Shown: positions 47,730 through 61,800 of the stretch, piece after piece | How the letters are laid out: the number at the start of each line of letters is the position of its first letter | Position numbering within the stretch: the first letter of the stretch is position 1 | From: Phoronis australis | Lineage: Eukaryota > Animalia > Phoronida | Reading direction: 5' to 3' | Assembly: GCA_002633005.1 (NCBI GenBank) | Contig: NMRA01000003.1 | Span: 1,474,181 to 1,538,180 of the forward strand | Length of the DNA: 64,000 nt | Notes under the pieces: model-generated | Told to the model about the DNA's origin: nothing | The model's input: the letters and a program-made list of their open reading frames with translations, nothing else | Databases searched by the model: none | Position numbers and translations under genes: made by a program

Positions 47730-47987
47730 TGCTTGAAGTAGTACAATTATAGATCTATCACTGTCTTTCATTAAATCATGATGCCTGGGTTGAACTAGTT
47801 GAATTGTATTTCTGTCACTGTCTCATTAGATCATGATGGTTGAATACAATTATAGTTCTACCACAGTCTTTTGTTAAACAGATACTTGCCTTCATGGATT
47901 GATTTTACTCTTGTCTTGGCAGTAGTGCCATATACCCTCCCAAGGGCCCCCATGGAAAGCAATGAGAACTGATGGGGCTACCCTTAT

Positions 47988-49065
47988 TATGCGCCCACAA
48001 ATTTATATGTGCACGCATTATGCCGTCATCTCTGTCCGTCCGTCCGGGCGGCGTCCGTCCGGCGTCCGCTGCTCTATCTCCAAAACCCTTTGACATACGT
48101 TCATGAAATTTGGCAGATATGTTCCATTCATGAATGGGACGGCATGTGCGAACTTTCGGACGGATCCGACTACCGGTGTGCCCCCTAGTGGCAATTTTAG
48201 TTTTTTACGCTTACCTTTGTATCTTCAAAAGTCCTGAACGGATTTTCATGAAATTTGGTATGTAGGCACCTATTAGTGAGATGACGCTATCCTACTGTTT
48301 TCAGATGGATTCGACGTAGTTTGCGCCACCTAGTGGCCATTTTTACTGTTTTCGAGTCTGTATTTTTGCGTCCACCCCTCTATCAACCAAACCGCTCAAA
48401 GGATGATTGTGAAAATTGGCGTGTATGTGCTTACTATAAGGAAGACAGCTGACAATGATTTTCAGACGATTTGGACTACTGTGGCGCCTCCTAGTGGCAG
48501 TTTTGTTTTTTTGCGCCCATGGCTGTATCTCCCAAACCGTTTGCAGGATCTTTACTAAATTTAGCAAGTGTATTTATGTGATGTTGACAACGGACGATGA
48601 CGACTTTAGGATGATTCTGACTACCGGTATGCCTCTAGTGGCAATTTTAGTATTTGCCTCTAGTGGCAATTTTAGTATTTTACATTGACCTCTGTATTTT
48701 CATAGGTCTTCAGGTGTATACTTTGTGTTACTTCGTGACTATGAAGGAAAAGTTCCAAGTAGAAATTTGTTTCTGGCATTCTAATGCTGTGCTAATCTCG
48801 TATGTTGGTAAATTTGTTTTTAATTCTATGTTTCTGTGGTGCTTTAAGCAACTGGTGTATAGGATGTGCTTGTATTATGAAGATTACTCACGTTTTGCCC
48901 CTAGCCTATTGAGGAGACAATGACCATGCCTTTCCATTTTGCAAAGTACAACATACTACACATATGCCCTCTACTGGCCACTTTATGGTACCAATAAACA
49001 ACCCTAGAAGGATACCGTATGCGGTGCAATTGTGGGCGCATTTCAACGCTCTGCGTTGCTCTTGT
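47988..49065 (+). mobile_element. Helentron-associated non-autonomous element (HINE/DINE-1-like)
   Basis: Subterminal inverted repeat TGCGCCCACA/TGTGGGCGCA, (GTCC)n microsatellite, internal CCTAGTGGC tandem units, 3' hairpin CAACGC-tct-GCGTTG and TT insertion context. Confidence 0.85.
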
Positions 49066-49455
49066 TGTAAATGTTACAATAATGCATAAATGGTGCCCAT
49101 ATTTTGAGAACCAGTTTTATACCCATTATGCAGGTATCTTGCTAAATTCTTCCTTCAAGAATTGGTAATTGTTTGTTTTGTTGTTTTTTGTTTATGTTAG
49201 AAGCAGGCAACCATGCTCCAAGCATTTATAGTGACCCTCCCTTGAAACTAGGCATCTTGCCAGCCAAAATCAACTTGTTGAGGTTTGTGGTCAAAATCTT
49301 GTTAAAAGCTGATAGCCATGCCCCGAGTATTTCATAATTTGGTGTGACAGTGTGTTGAAATTTCGGGGTGTTGCTAAAATGAAGGCTTGACATCAATTGA
49401 GTTATAAGCAGGTAACCATGTTCAATGGATTTTAGTAGCCCTTCCTAAAAAACTA

Positions 49456-49614
49456 TTGTAAACTCGTTGGTTAACGCTCTGGGCGCTTAAATTGGGAAAC
49501 CCTGAGACAAGGGGATGGGCGATTAACCAAGCAGTGGGCGCTTAATCCGAAAATTGACCAAAAGTCGGGGATGGGCGATTACCCGGGCATGGGCGTTAAT
49601 CCGCGAGTTTACAG
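49456..49614. mobile_element. Small TA-flanked Tc1/mariner-like MITE
   Basis: TA|TTGTAAACTCG...CGAGTTTACAG|TA, with repeated TGGGCG motifs like those of the 28385 element. Confidence 0.7.
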
Positions 49615-52600
49615 TAAGTGGGTTACAAAGCTTGGATGTGTATCGTTGCCATGGTAACCATGCCATATGTTTTGAAATTGCAACCCATTACTAAGCTGCA
49701 CACACATCATACCCACGAAATTTGGAAAATTTTAAACTGTCTGAAGCAAGCACCTTTTGCTTCATCAAAAATATAACATAACCAGCAAAACAAATTTGGC
49801 AATCCAAAAATGTTTGCCAAGGCAACTCATGTAGCCAAACATGGAAATGGTCTTTTTAAAAACATTACCATCTTCCTACAGTTAATTCAATAGATTTACA
49901 TAAATCAATCACCAAAAGCAAAGACTTGTGGCTTGTGTAATACAACCAGTAGCTCAATTTCGAAAATACGAACATTGTTGCTGTGGGAACTAATGCAAAT
50001 AAACTTGCCTTCTTTGATAATAAAAAGTTAAATACCGGTAAAATGCACACAGCAGTATGAAACAAATAAGGCAAATACTTTTGGCTTGACCAAGGGTTTT
50101 TCATAATTACCAGTAATTGCATATGTAAATCTTAAACCAGGGTGCAAAATATAGATCACAAATAGCAGGGATAGCAGAAGGTCCTGGGTTCCAGTCCAGA
50201 TGGGGGCAAAAATCTTTTCAGGCTTTTGCTCAATAGGTCAGGTGATGTGGCCAATAGGTGGCATGCAGACTAGACTAAAATGTTTGTGAATTTCCAGTAA
50301 TATAAGTAGAAATCTAATAAAGGATTGCCTTGAATCCGGATATTTATATTCATCTCGAGCATTCAGGGCAAGCCCGGTTCCTTTGCTATGTTTACAGCGT
50401 TTTTGTGGAAACCTGTTCCTGTTGCATGTGCAGTTTAGCTAGAAGTAATATCAGTCATTTTTCCATGTTCCTTTTAAAATATTCAGAAATAGTTTTAAGC
50501 AGAAGTTCAAAATAATTTAAAATTGTAGAGAATGAAAAAAATGTCCATCTTCCCAATGATATTCATTTTGCCTGCTGTTGTTTCCGAAACATTTTTATTG
50601 TTCTTAAGTATTAGCTATCTAATTTGTAATTTGTTTAATAAAGTATGAATTATAATTTAAAATAATTATACTATACTAATACTACTATTTTATTTTTTGT
50701 ATTTCGGTTTCTGGATTTGTCAATTATGTTGCTCCTTGAGCATAATATTTACTTTCAGTTAATAAGAGAAAGTTACATATACCTCTAATATAAGTAAAAT
50801 CCTTGGCTAACAAATTTTAAATGTACTAGATTAATAATTAGGTAATTTTGTAAAAATGGCAAGCTCAATAGTTCGGTTGTCTACTCACTTCAGGCAATAA
50901 CTACGAACTTTCCAGTTTCGGTACACTACAATATCCAGCAACTCCCTCTGTTACGGTCATGTATTTAGTGTTTATATTCGAGTAGGCCATGCAATTTACT
51001 ATTTTCTTTGGAGGCATTTCCTTTCAATTAAATGACCATGTTCGCCATTTTAAACTTAATTGTTTGTTAAAACAAGAGGTTCAGTTTTATTTTATCATTT
51101 AATTCAATATTGTCATGGAATTGTTTTAGCCAGTATACGTTTATTCTTTCCAATAGTGCAGGTCATGACTCAAAGCACTAGAAAAAGTGACTTGTCTTAT
51201 ATGCCAAGAAATCTTATGGCCTCACATGTAAATTCAAATACAAGTCCATGCTTATTCTAGAGAGGTTGCTTCTCCTATGTTATGTCGCTATTTGCCATCT
51301 TATTTTACAGGATTAAGAAATTATAGGTTGGCTTTTTTACACCGGCTTTTATTTGATCAGCACTCACTGCTAGCGTCGGCCACTTGATTTTCACGGTGCC
51401 TTGCAAAGAAACATGACGAGGTCAACTGTCGAAACCAGCTGGCTTTGACTGGCAGACAACCTCAGTGGAGCAGATCGTGAAAAAAGCACCAATATGAATA
51501 TCAGTTCTCGTTCACATAGGCCCTACATTTTCTACTGGAGTAACCCCNNNNNNNNNNNNTCTGGGGCGAGATGTCACGGTCGGAAGCACTATTCGAATAA
51601 CATTGTAGATTTACTTTGGCCAATTGGTCGACTTGGCAAAAGTGAATCTTAAGTGATTTGCATAGACTGTGAGCAGGTGGTTCTTTCAACTGGGAAGAAG
51701 TCTGGCGAGCCTACTGTGACTTGTAGCCAGCGCAACTGAATGACTTTTTAGGCAAAATTGCGGGGTCAATGGATCGGCGGTGAAATGCAGTCCAAAGGGC
51801 AAACTATTTTTGCTTTCTCTTGGCAATGGTACTTCTCACGTACGTGTGCTTTGTGTCATTGACATGAAAATGTGCTGATAGTCTATAAATATGTATATAT
51901 AAATAATATCAGGAAGAGATAACCAGGAAGGGACAACTAGCTAAACCGCCGTTTTTGGCCTCCAGTCCCCGGACTAACAGATGATTTTATCAGAGAGATT
52001 AAAGCTTTTTCTATGGAAGGATATCAAAAAAATCACTTTTCAACCTTAAACAGTGGTGTAATTGTACTTTGAAAATATCGACTTCAGCGCACGCAATCGC
52101 AATTTCCCACACGCAGTCACGAGTATTTAAGCTTTTCCGTCGATGTATAGATGGCGCAGTAGTCAAGTACTCCTTCATTTGCATATCAATTTTGCATGTG
52201 GGAGTTCTGAGATTCTCGTCAGTTTAGTTGTTGTCGAGCCAGAGACCGTAGCGTCTTTGGTCGAGCGCTTGAGTGCATAAAGCGGTGACCTCCCGCTGAG
52301 AGCACGCGCTGATGAAGATACCACAGCTAACTCGATCGCTTCGCAATCAGGAGGTGAAAACACTCTCATGACCGCAGTTCTGAATTCCAGCTAAGCAAGC
52401 CCTATTTCGAGGAGCGGATTTGAATTGTTTTCGTCCCCAGACTGTGGATTGCAGAGAAGATTAGAATGAGGTCAACATCGAACTTTCTGCGGCTACCTAT
52501 CGTGTTGAAAGTTTGAAGTGTCAGAACCATAGACGGAGCGCGCGGGATGTCTATGATTCCTGTTCTTCTTCAGTTGGCGAAAACATTGCTATCGGCATAA

Positions 52601-55343
52601 AGAATGACCGTGGGTTATTCATTTTGAGGTGGACACCTGTATCCGAGAATAAATAGTAATACTCTGTAATATCTCACCCTCGTTTCTTTGACGTTGTTTG
52701 AGGTTGCGGTATCGTGAAACAACGCCGTCGGGTGAGAGAAGTCGAGTGCACCGAATAACTGGAATTGGCTGCAGTTCTTTCCTTTCGAATGCCCGGACTC
52801 AACTGTGCCATTTTCTTGGCAAGTCTCTTGCCTGCCGAAATCTTTCTGAGCATTGAAGACATCGGCCTTCTCCAGCGCCAATCAACCTTTTATCTGCTAC
52901 AGAAATCTTATGCCTAATTTCCTAACATTTTAGCACACTTAGTGGCTCTGCTACAGTTAGCACTGCCATAATCGTATTTCTTAATTCCGCCACAGTATGC
53001 CTACTTGGAATTTAGTTTTGCTAGGTGTTTTTCCAAATTGCGAATGCATGGATCGGACTTCCCGGCGACTCGGACGCCACGACACCCAGGCCTGCCACCG
53101 TGGCGGGAGCAGCTTATTTCTTGACTAACACCTGCTTCTAAATCTGGATTTAAGCAAAATGCCACGCTTACACATATGCAAGCGTATCCAAATACAATTA
53201 AATGTATTTTCATTTGAACATTGACTTGTGTGAGGTCTTAATTTTCTTGGATCTGCCCAATCAGGTACTGAGAACTGCGTTTCAAGTCATTCACTACAGG
53301 CACCGGAGGGTTCAAATTGGAAGTTCGCGTCGTATGACATCGTATGACGTCATATAACGTAGGAGATGCGAGCCTCATTTGCATATATAAGTGACATCTG
53401 TTGGTTCAAAAAAGAGGATCATGCCAGAGTACATGCCTGAGAAGAGGCATCTTTTTAAGGGTAAAACAAGTCATGTTCAAAGCATCCTAGTGCCATTAAT
53501 ATGCAGTCTTTGGGGACCAAAGTGGTGTCTTTTTATAGCTAAAGAGTTAAGCTTTCAAACACAATGCTTGGATTCCAGACGACTTTAACATTTACTTTTG
53601 AAATCACTTTTGAATATCCGTTAAAATGCGCTAAAACAGTTGTCCCTTCCTGGTTATCTCTTCCTGATAATATATATATTATATGCTCTATATAGTCGGC
53701 GATATAGTGGACTACAGATTCATTGACAAAGTATTGCAATATTGTTACTCAACAGAGGTTGTGTATAATAATACTTTATTACAAAATTTCATAACAAAGT
53801 TTACTCTACAATATCCCAGTCTGTTCTTTTATCCAACTCCATAGTATCGACTAGAGTAATGAGTGAGTCGAATGGATACCACGAAGGAATCTTACGATGC
53901 TCTAACCACCATTGGAACATCTCGGGGTTATAACCTCGAGGCGAGAAGTTTTCTAGAACCCACTGCAAATAAAAATCAAAATGAGTGAGAAGATAATGAA
54001 TCATCCAATTCATCCTCCACTATCTCCTCGGTGTTACTGAAAATTTCCAAAACTGGAAAGTGGTCACGGAACTGTGATTGCTACTGGACACCATAGCCAT
54101 GAATACTCAGCTACCGCATGTTTTAAGGGTTTGGCTTACCGACTGCTGTGCACCAATGTTTGCATGAATGGAAATCTTGTTTTCGAATTTTGACTGTTTC
54201 TACGAATAATGAGAGATTTCGGGATTTCTCACATGACCTGTAATGTTTTACGACACGACTGGTTAATAACACCGTAGATTATAGATAACTATATAGTCTA
54301 TGATAACACGGAGTTTGATGTCACATGGGCGAATCACAAAGTAGTGCAAAATAGAAATCCATACGCCTTACATTTTATCGTCTGCAAAACACTAAAATAA
54401 CCAAACGCGCGCGAACCAAACAATGCCGGAATTTCGAGAAGGTGACAAGGTTATGATTGACAAATCGGGTGTCGCAACTGTACGTACTCCCAGTCGGAAG
54501 GACAATATGCAAACAACTTCTTAAACGGCGGCGAATTCCATATCCACGTTCATTCAAACGGAGACGAGCCCCAACTCAAGAAATGCGGCGAAACTGTCTA
54601 GTTGTGCTGTAAGTGCACGCGCGGGAAAGCCTTGCTGATGTTATTTATAAACATTCTTTGAATTTTAATATTACAACTTCAAAGACTATTAGATTCTAAC
54701 TTGAATATTTGCTACGAAAGCTGAATGCAAATTACAAAATTGGCAGGGACAAGGTAGCCAACTAACTATGTTTAGTTTCGACCCGGCCGTGCACGTGGTT
54801 CCGGTGGGTGAGGTTGAGACATCGCGCTGTGAAGTGATGCGATCTTGACATGGATTTGGTGAATGTATCGTGGTTGATAATTCATCAATATTCCTACTTC
54901 ATATGCTTAAAAATGCAAGTACATACTCATTTTTCCGTATTCGTAAGACGTGCAGGCAATTTATCGCATGCGCATGAAATCCAAACTAAGTGGTTAGTAT
55001 CCGGGCGTTGTTTTCGGTATAGGTACACCACTCGGTGCATCTAATAACCAAACTTAGAGTATCGTTTATTTTTGCATGTATAAAAATTACACCTGAGTCC
55101 GAAAATTTATATATTTTCGGAGTAGTGAACCTTCGAAGTGGTGAACTTTTTCTGGACCACATTGCATCTGAATTTGAGTCCCGTTCTTTGCGAGCACTGA
55201 ACTGTCACCGTGCATCATCAGTCTGGTATTACGAATTCCGCCTCATCTCAGGAACATAGGGTTGAGAATAACTGATAGTCATATTTGCGTATTCAGATTT
55301 CCCTTCCCCCTAGTTAAGCTACGTCCATTGTCTTACCGAAAAC

Positions 55344-55612
55344 CAGGGGCGGATCCGGGATTTCGAATTAGGGGGGAAGGGCACAGGAATAACCAGAATG
55401 TCGGCAGATGCGCGCGGCCAGTCTAAAATGTAGGGATGCAGGGGTCTCGAATTTATTGGGTTTGCGGACCTTTTAACTAAAAAAAAACGGTAAAACGGTG
55501 TGTTCAGGGCCTATGCATTGTTTATTCNNNNNNNNNNNNNNNNNNNNNNNNNNNNNNNNNNNNAGAGGGGGCCTTGGCCCCCTTGCTAACCCCCCCCCCA
55601 AATCCGCCGCTG
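55344..55612. mobile_element. CAGGGGCGGAT-type MITE (contains an N gap)
   Basis: GAAAAC|CAGGGGCGGATCC...AAATCCGCCGCTG|GAAAAC (6-bp TSD). Confidence 0.75.
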
Positions 55613-55791
55613 GAAAACTGTACAGTGTCATCGTTTGCAAAATATCAATAAGTTCCACCGTTCTAGAAATTCAAACCCACCACCCACGCAATGCTGGCTA
55701 CGATCCGGAAATATTGTATGATCGCACAAACTTTAGGTCTTACGGGATGCGCACGTGTCGCCATTGGTTATGCATAAAAAGTATCTGGTCA

Positions 55792-56372
55792 CTCGCTGGT
55801 TCCCTGCGTGCCGTTAGGTGGTCAGTAGTCAGCACGCAGGTATCACTTTATTTTCCTCGGGAAATCTTTTTGCACCCGCGTTTCTGATTGGCTAGTCGAA
55901 TTCTCAACAGGCAGCGCTTTACGCAAACAAACTGGCATGACTGATGGACTGAAGTGTAAAAGTGGTCTGTTGTACAGACAAATCGGTGCTTAAATTTCAT
56001 GTTCGGGAAACGTGAATCCTAGAAATTGTGGTTGCGTCTTTTCGGAGCGCATCTTTTAACTTTCGATGACTTCTGTTTACGATACTGTCCTGTATTCATA
56101 CAGTATAAATAGCACACCGGTTAAATCGGCCACATATGTGTTTATTGTGCATGTATGTGCTTTGAGCACGCGGCTATTAAAAATCACTACAGAAACGAAA
56201 TAGTTGCTGCGACGTCACTTGCATGACAAGGCTAAAAATCGTTCACAGTCTGTTATTTTTTCACGGTGTTGTAAAGCTAACCAATGGCTGCTGCGGTTAC
56301 ATCAACTAATGCTAAAGCGCGTGCCACTGCGTGATACCTGCGTGCTGGCTAGGCACGTAAGGAACCAGTGAG
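55792..56372 (+). mobile_element. ~580-bp CTCGCTGGTTCCCT-TIR MITE
   Basis: CTCGCTGGTTCCCTGCGTGCC...GGCACGTAAGGAACCAGTGAG; homologous to the 42967 and 6616 copies. Confidence 0.85.
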
Positions 56373-57561
56373 GTATTTTAATTGCTTGCTGTGCGCTATT
56401 TGCGAGGCTTTTCGACCACGACGCTTACCATAAATGCCATCTGTGTTTCCGGTAGGCATATTTCGTAGAACGGAAGTGACATTGTAAGGAGACACAACTT
56501 TTCCTACAATGGTGAATATTCGTAAATGGCATTGTGAATGCGACGGTCTAGAAGACAAATTAATTAAATTTTTACTTGAAGCCCGTATATGCCTTGTTAT
56601 GGAGAAAGCCAGTAATTAAATATAAGCTTCTGTTTCTATTTTCCTTTTATCCTTTACTGTAGTCAGTGCTGTACTCTTAACTTCATAACGTCATTAGCTC
56701 AAAATGAATAACCCGTGTCGTGTCTCACCAAAATGTCTTCGTCCTCCATAATACTTTTCACTTTCTGTGTGTGATACCAAGGCAGTTCTGAGGCGGCTAC
56801 TCGGAACATCAGTTTAAGCATTTCCTCAAGCTTTTCATCAATTCCTAGAATGTTCTCGACGTCAAAACGTAAGAATTCTAACCTAATAGAAAAACAGACA
56901 GCATAGGCTAATTAATCAGTGAGCGTGTCCATTTCGCAGAGTAAATGATATGACGTTATTGAGTGTGATCAAACCTGTGTGGGAACCTGACTAGGATGTA
57001 AATGTTTTTACCGAGATTTCACGGTGATCTCTTTGTAGCTGTGATAATCATATCTTATCTGATTCAACGAAACGTGACAAAGGTTCGTGTACTACTCAAA
57101 AACGAATTATTTGCGGTTATGAGATAGGCATTAACGTTATCGATGTCAGCGGTACACATAAATATAATAGCTCTTATTAATACTTTTAATTCTCTTTAGC
57201 GCTAACACGCATGCGTGTAGGTAGAGATTATAAGTACTTAGAGAATTGTCAGCAGAATTTATTTAGTTTTTACGGCAATCTATTTTGCCCGAGCTCTGTT
57301 GCAGAGTAAAGCAAGATGACGATTGCGATTTGAGTTTAGAAGGGGTGTTTCATGTATATTTCTTGCAATAGCACCTTGATGCTCAAAATGTGTCGATCGT
57401 TCTCAAAGCTATTGAGAGTACCGGTTGTTTTTTCATATATGATAAATAGACAAATAAATTCACAACTGTATCTAGAAATACACTTGATAGATGGGCGGAA
57501 TTAAGGAGGGCAGGAAGCTCAGGCCTCCCTCCTGGCACCACAAAAAACATGCATGTCCTTT

Positions 57562-58851
57562 TTATGCGCCCACATATTTATATGTGGCCGCATATTGCCG
57601 TCATCTCTGTCTGGGCGTCCGGCGTCCGCAGCTGTCTCTCCTAAACCCCTTGCAGAATCGTATTGAAATTTGGCAGGTGTGTTCCTATTAAATGGGGTCT
57701 ACGACAGAGGGCGACTAGTTTCAGATCGACCCAAATACCGCTGTGCCCTCTAGTGGCAATTTTAGTATTTTACGTTTGCCTCTGTATCTTCAAAGCTCTT
57801 TAACCGATTTTCATGAAATTTGGTACATTAGGCATCTATTAATGAGTTGACGCAATCTTCCTATTTTCGGATTGCCATTTTTACTATTTTTGAGTCGTTT
57901 TTTGGCGTCCGCCCCTCTAACAACCAAACCACTCTAAGGATGATTGGGAAAATTGGCATGTATGGTCATACTATGAAGAGGACAGTTCACGATGATTTTC
58001 CGATGACTTCGACTACTGTGGCGCCACCTAGTGGCAGTTTTGTTTGTTTTTGCGCCCATGGCTCTACAGGATCTTTATTAAATTTAGCAAATGTATTTAT
58101 ATGAAGTTGACAACAGATGACGACGAATTTCGAACGGATCGATCTACCGGTGTGCCATCTAGTGGCAATTTTAGTTTTTTACGTTGATCGCTGTATCTTC
58201 AAAGGTACTCAACGGATTTCCACAAAATTTGCCACATAGACATCCATTAGTGAAAAAACGCTAGGCATTCATCTTCGGATTGATTCAAGTTTTTTTGCGC
58301 CACCTAGTGGCCATTTTTGTTGTTTTTGAGTCTGTTTTGTGGCGTTCGTTCCTCTGTCAACCAAACCACTCTAAGGGTGATTGTGAAAGTTGGCATGTAT
58401 GTTCTTTCTGTTAAGGGGACGGTTGCCGATGATTTTCTGATGACTTCGACTACTGTGGCTTCTCCTAGTGGCGGTTTTGTTTTGTTTTTTTGCACCCATA
58501 CCTGTATCTCCTAAGCCCTCTGCAGGATCTTTATTAAATTTAGCACGTGAATTTATATGAAGTTACTAAGAGAAGATGACGACTTTTAGACGGATCCGAT
58601 GAACACTGTGCCCCCTAGTGGCAATTTCGTTTATTTTGTTTTCCTCTGTTTCTCTGAAGTTCCTCGGCGAATTTTAATTAAAGTTGGTAAATGGCTTTCT
58701 TTCAAAGAAGCGATGACATTTTTTGGTTTTCAGACGGATTCGACGTATTTTGCACCATCTAGTGGCCATTTTAATGATACAAATAAACCCTAAAAGCACA
58801 CCATTTGCGATGCATTCGTGGGCGCATTTCAACGCTCCGCGTTGCTCTTGT
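57562..58851 (+). mobile_element. Second HINE copy with more internal tandem units
   Basis: Same termini (TATGCGCCCACA...GTGGGCGCATTTCAACGCTCCGCGTTGCTCTTGTT) as the 47988 copy. Confidence 0.85.
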
Positions 58852-61800
58852 TAGGGGTAGCTCCAACATTTTCCTTCGAAAATAATGGTTGCTCCCCCTT
58901 GCGTCATACCCTACATCCGCTGCTCAGTTGAAACATTCATATCACACAACGGGTGTCACCATAGACAATTATGCCAATTCACAACGACTTACCAAGCACA
59001 GCGTCACCTATGTCTCGGGAACTGGGAAAGAGTGGCACGTGACACGTAGTTGACAACAAAATAAAGGTCCTGCGCGACTGCAAAAATAGTCGAAAAACTA
59101 GCCTCGAAGAGTTTTCCAAAAAATGCAATTTTTAGAAAACAAGCACATCCGGCGCATGGTAACCGTTTTGGGGTGGCTTAAAAGGGCACATAGCAATGAT
59201 TTTCGTCCAAACAGTCTCATCTTTGTAGAGTTTGCTATACACAAAACAGGTTTACAATAAAAATACCCTGAACCGCCTGCATGTAAGTAGGCTGTGCACA
59301 TAAGAAACTTGAAACCAGCCAAAATTTATTTAGTTTTAAATTGTTTTGTGGACAGATTTGAACCTAAATAGTTGACAGCATGTACAATGCGTTTAGCTGG
59401 CTAAAAACGAAAATCGAATTAGGCATTTACGCCCATAAAATCGAGCTCATGATATTCCTTGTCGTGATAAGATTTTATTTCCTGATGCGAAGGACATTGG
59501 AATCACCAGTGACTCACGAAAACGCTTTGAACTTGTTGGTCAACCTTAAAAATTCGGATTCGAAAATGGTGCACCGTATTTCCTTTGGCTCGACTTGGTA
59601 ACGGATATCGAATCCTATCGCGGTAAAAAATGTTACGACACCGATTTTAAGGGAGTAAAAGACCTCATTCGAGTTTTGTTTTTAGCTCGCTTAACAGAGT
59701 GAAATATAGCTTCAGTTTAATAAGTGAATTTCGTACTGAGTATACATTGCTTTTACACATACATTAACAAATGAAGACTTCATGAAAATTGTCTACCACT
59801 TGAAAAAGCAACATTAAACAGAACCACTGACGTACAGACGGAATTAATTAGTGGTGTCAAAGGGCCCGGGCCTACACCTTATGACACGCTTGTTTTTAGT
59901 GGTAAAGTCAACATTTTCCTTATACGGTAAAATAGTAGTTGCCCCCCCTTACGATATCCTGGATCCCCCCTTACGATATCCTAGATCCGTCGTGTGGGAT
60001 CATCAACTTGAAAGCACAGCAGTACCACCAAGTATTAATTAGAGTGAACGGTAAATACCCAGCCAATGACGATGCCCGTGAATGATCGGGCCCCNATTTC
60101 CTCGACAGAAGGTTCACATGCCCGCCCCGGCATCTTTCGGGCCTGCGCTGCATATACAATCGCGCTTTGCCCACTTCCCCGAGACAACATGTTGCCCCCC
60201 TTATGGTATCTTTGATCCGCCACTGTAATATAAGCCTTCCTGATACTGAGTGAAGGCGCTGAAGACATATAGGCGAGTCCGCAAACGAGACTGGGAGTGG
60301 TTAGGCCTGCTATCAAAACCAACCTTCTCCCGATGATCTTTCCGCGCTCAACTTGCAACTGCCTTGTTTTGTGACTTCTATCATTCTTGGGCTTCCTCCT
60401 GACTCTGCATCGGCCTGTGTGCCAAGCAATGATAAACAGGCTACCTTGAGGGGCGACAATATGTGTCACGTGTTGTGGCACATGTCCACCAAGGGAGGGA
60501 CTTTTGGTTGGCACTGCCATTTTGCGCAGTTGTAAATCTTGAGTAAATCTTGAGTGGTGCTCCGTCAACTTGGTGCTCAGTAAATTGCTGTAAGACTCCA
60601 TCAGACCTTTCCGATAAGTGATGTTTATTCTTTCATTCTTCCTCAGTTTTTACATGGGACGCTTTTATACTTGGTATTTTTGGGGAATTTTACAATAAAG
60701 TAAGTTTATTTCATGTATAAAGATCCCAGGTCCATAAACAAAATTATCAACACTATCATTCTACACGTGTGAAGAGTATCCCAAAACGTTAACACGATTC
60801 TCAGATATGTGAATGCTGGGAAATTAATGGCGTTTATGTTCAAGGAATTCCTAAGTTTGTTTTATATGGCACTGCAGTTAATCAAGGTGTTACTGTTGAT
60901 TCTAACTGTAGAGAAATTTCGAATGAATTTTCTCGAGCTCTTCATATCTGACACTCCTCAAACTTTCGCATTGCTCCACTGAATGATCCCTTCGCACTTC
61001 ACTACAGCATTGTTGTTCTATTTGAACACTATTTCCACAACTGGAAACTTGGAAAAAGGTATCTTATTTCCTTTGTTTGTTCTCCATAATTACTATGGGA
61101 GTTGTGTATCTAATTGCGTTTGGTGGCAAAACGAACATTTTTGTTCTGTAGAAGAGTCAACTTCTGCGTACTACAAAACAAACTTTGTGAGTCTGGAGTA
61201 AGAAATACACTATTACCCAATAAATCTGTATCCTGTTACTGTTACTTTAGAATGGTATATTTTGAACATTTCGGAACGTGTGTACACAAATTAGCAATAA
61301 ATTTGTTTAGGCACGGTGACTTTACTTTCCCTGGCTGCAGCAATACAAACTTTGATAGGTCAAACAATTTGATTTGGTCGCAATGCCCGTAAATACATAC
61401 GTCGTCATGATTTTCAAATCATAAATGTGAACTTTAAAGTTGTATTGTTCGGGAGGAGCTACAGCAAAATTAAGTTTGTTGTTACTATAAAGCCACGGTC
61501 CCACACTACTGTGACCGCCGGGTCAGCAGACACGCAGAATGCTCACCATTTTGGTTCTCCGTCCTGGTGTGCTATTTTATATTGGTGTCGGGCCCGGCTG
61601 TTTTCCTGTACTATGTCGTTCATGGTCTTCACGAAAGAGTGAAAAGGCAATCTGGGAGTGATGTAGCTGAAGGCTTTGTACTTGTCCAGAAACACATCTG
61701 CTGCGTCCCTGAATTAGGAATACAGAGTATGATGAAAGCAAGCACAAGCAAGCTATACAGTCACTTGATCAGCGGGAATGAGTGCCGAGATGAAGGGATG

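Noticed and set aside
50170-50260. GGTCCTGGGTTCCAGTCC as a tRNA gene
   Set aside because: Only a B-box-like fragment with no cloverleaf; at most a SINE remnant.
52170-53450. Octamer motifs as markers of snRNA or histone H2B genes
   Set aside because: No recognisable snRNA or histone sequence is adjacent.
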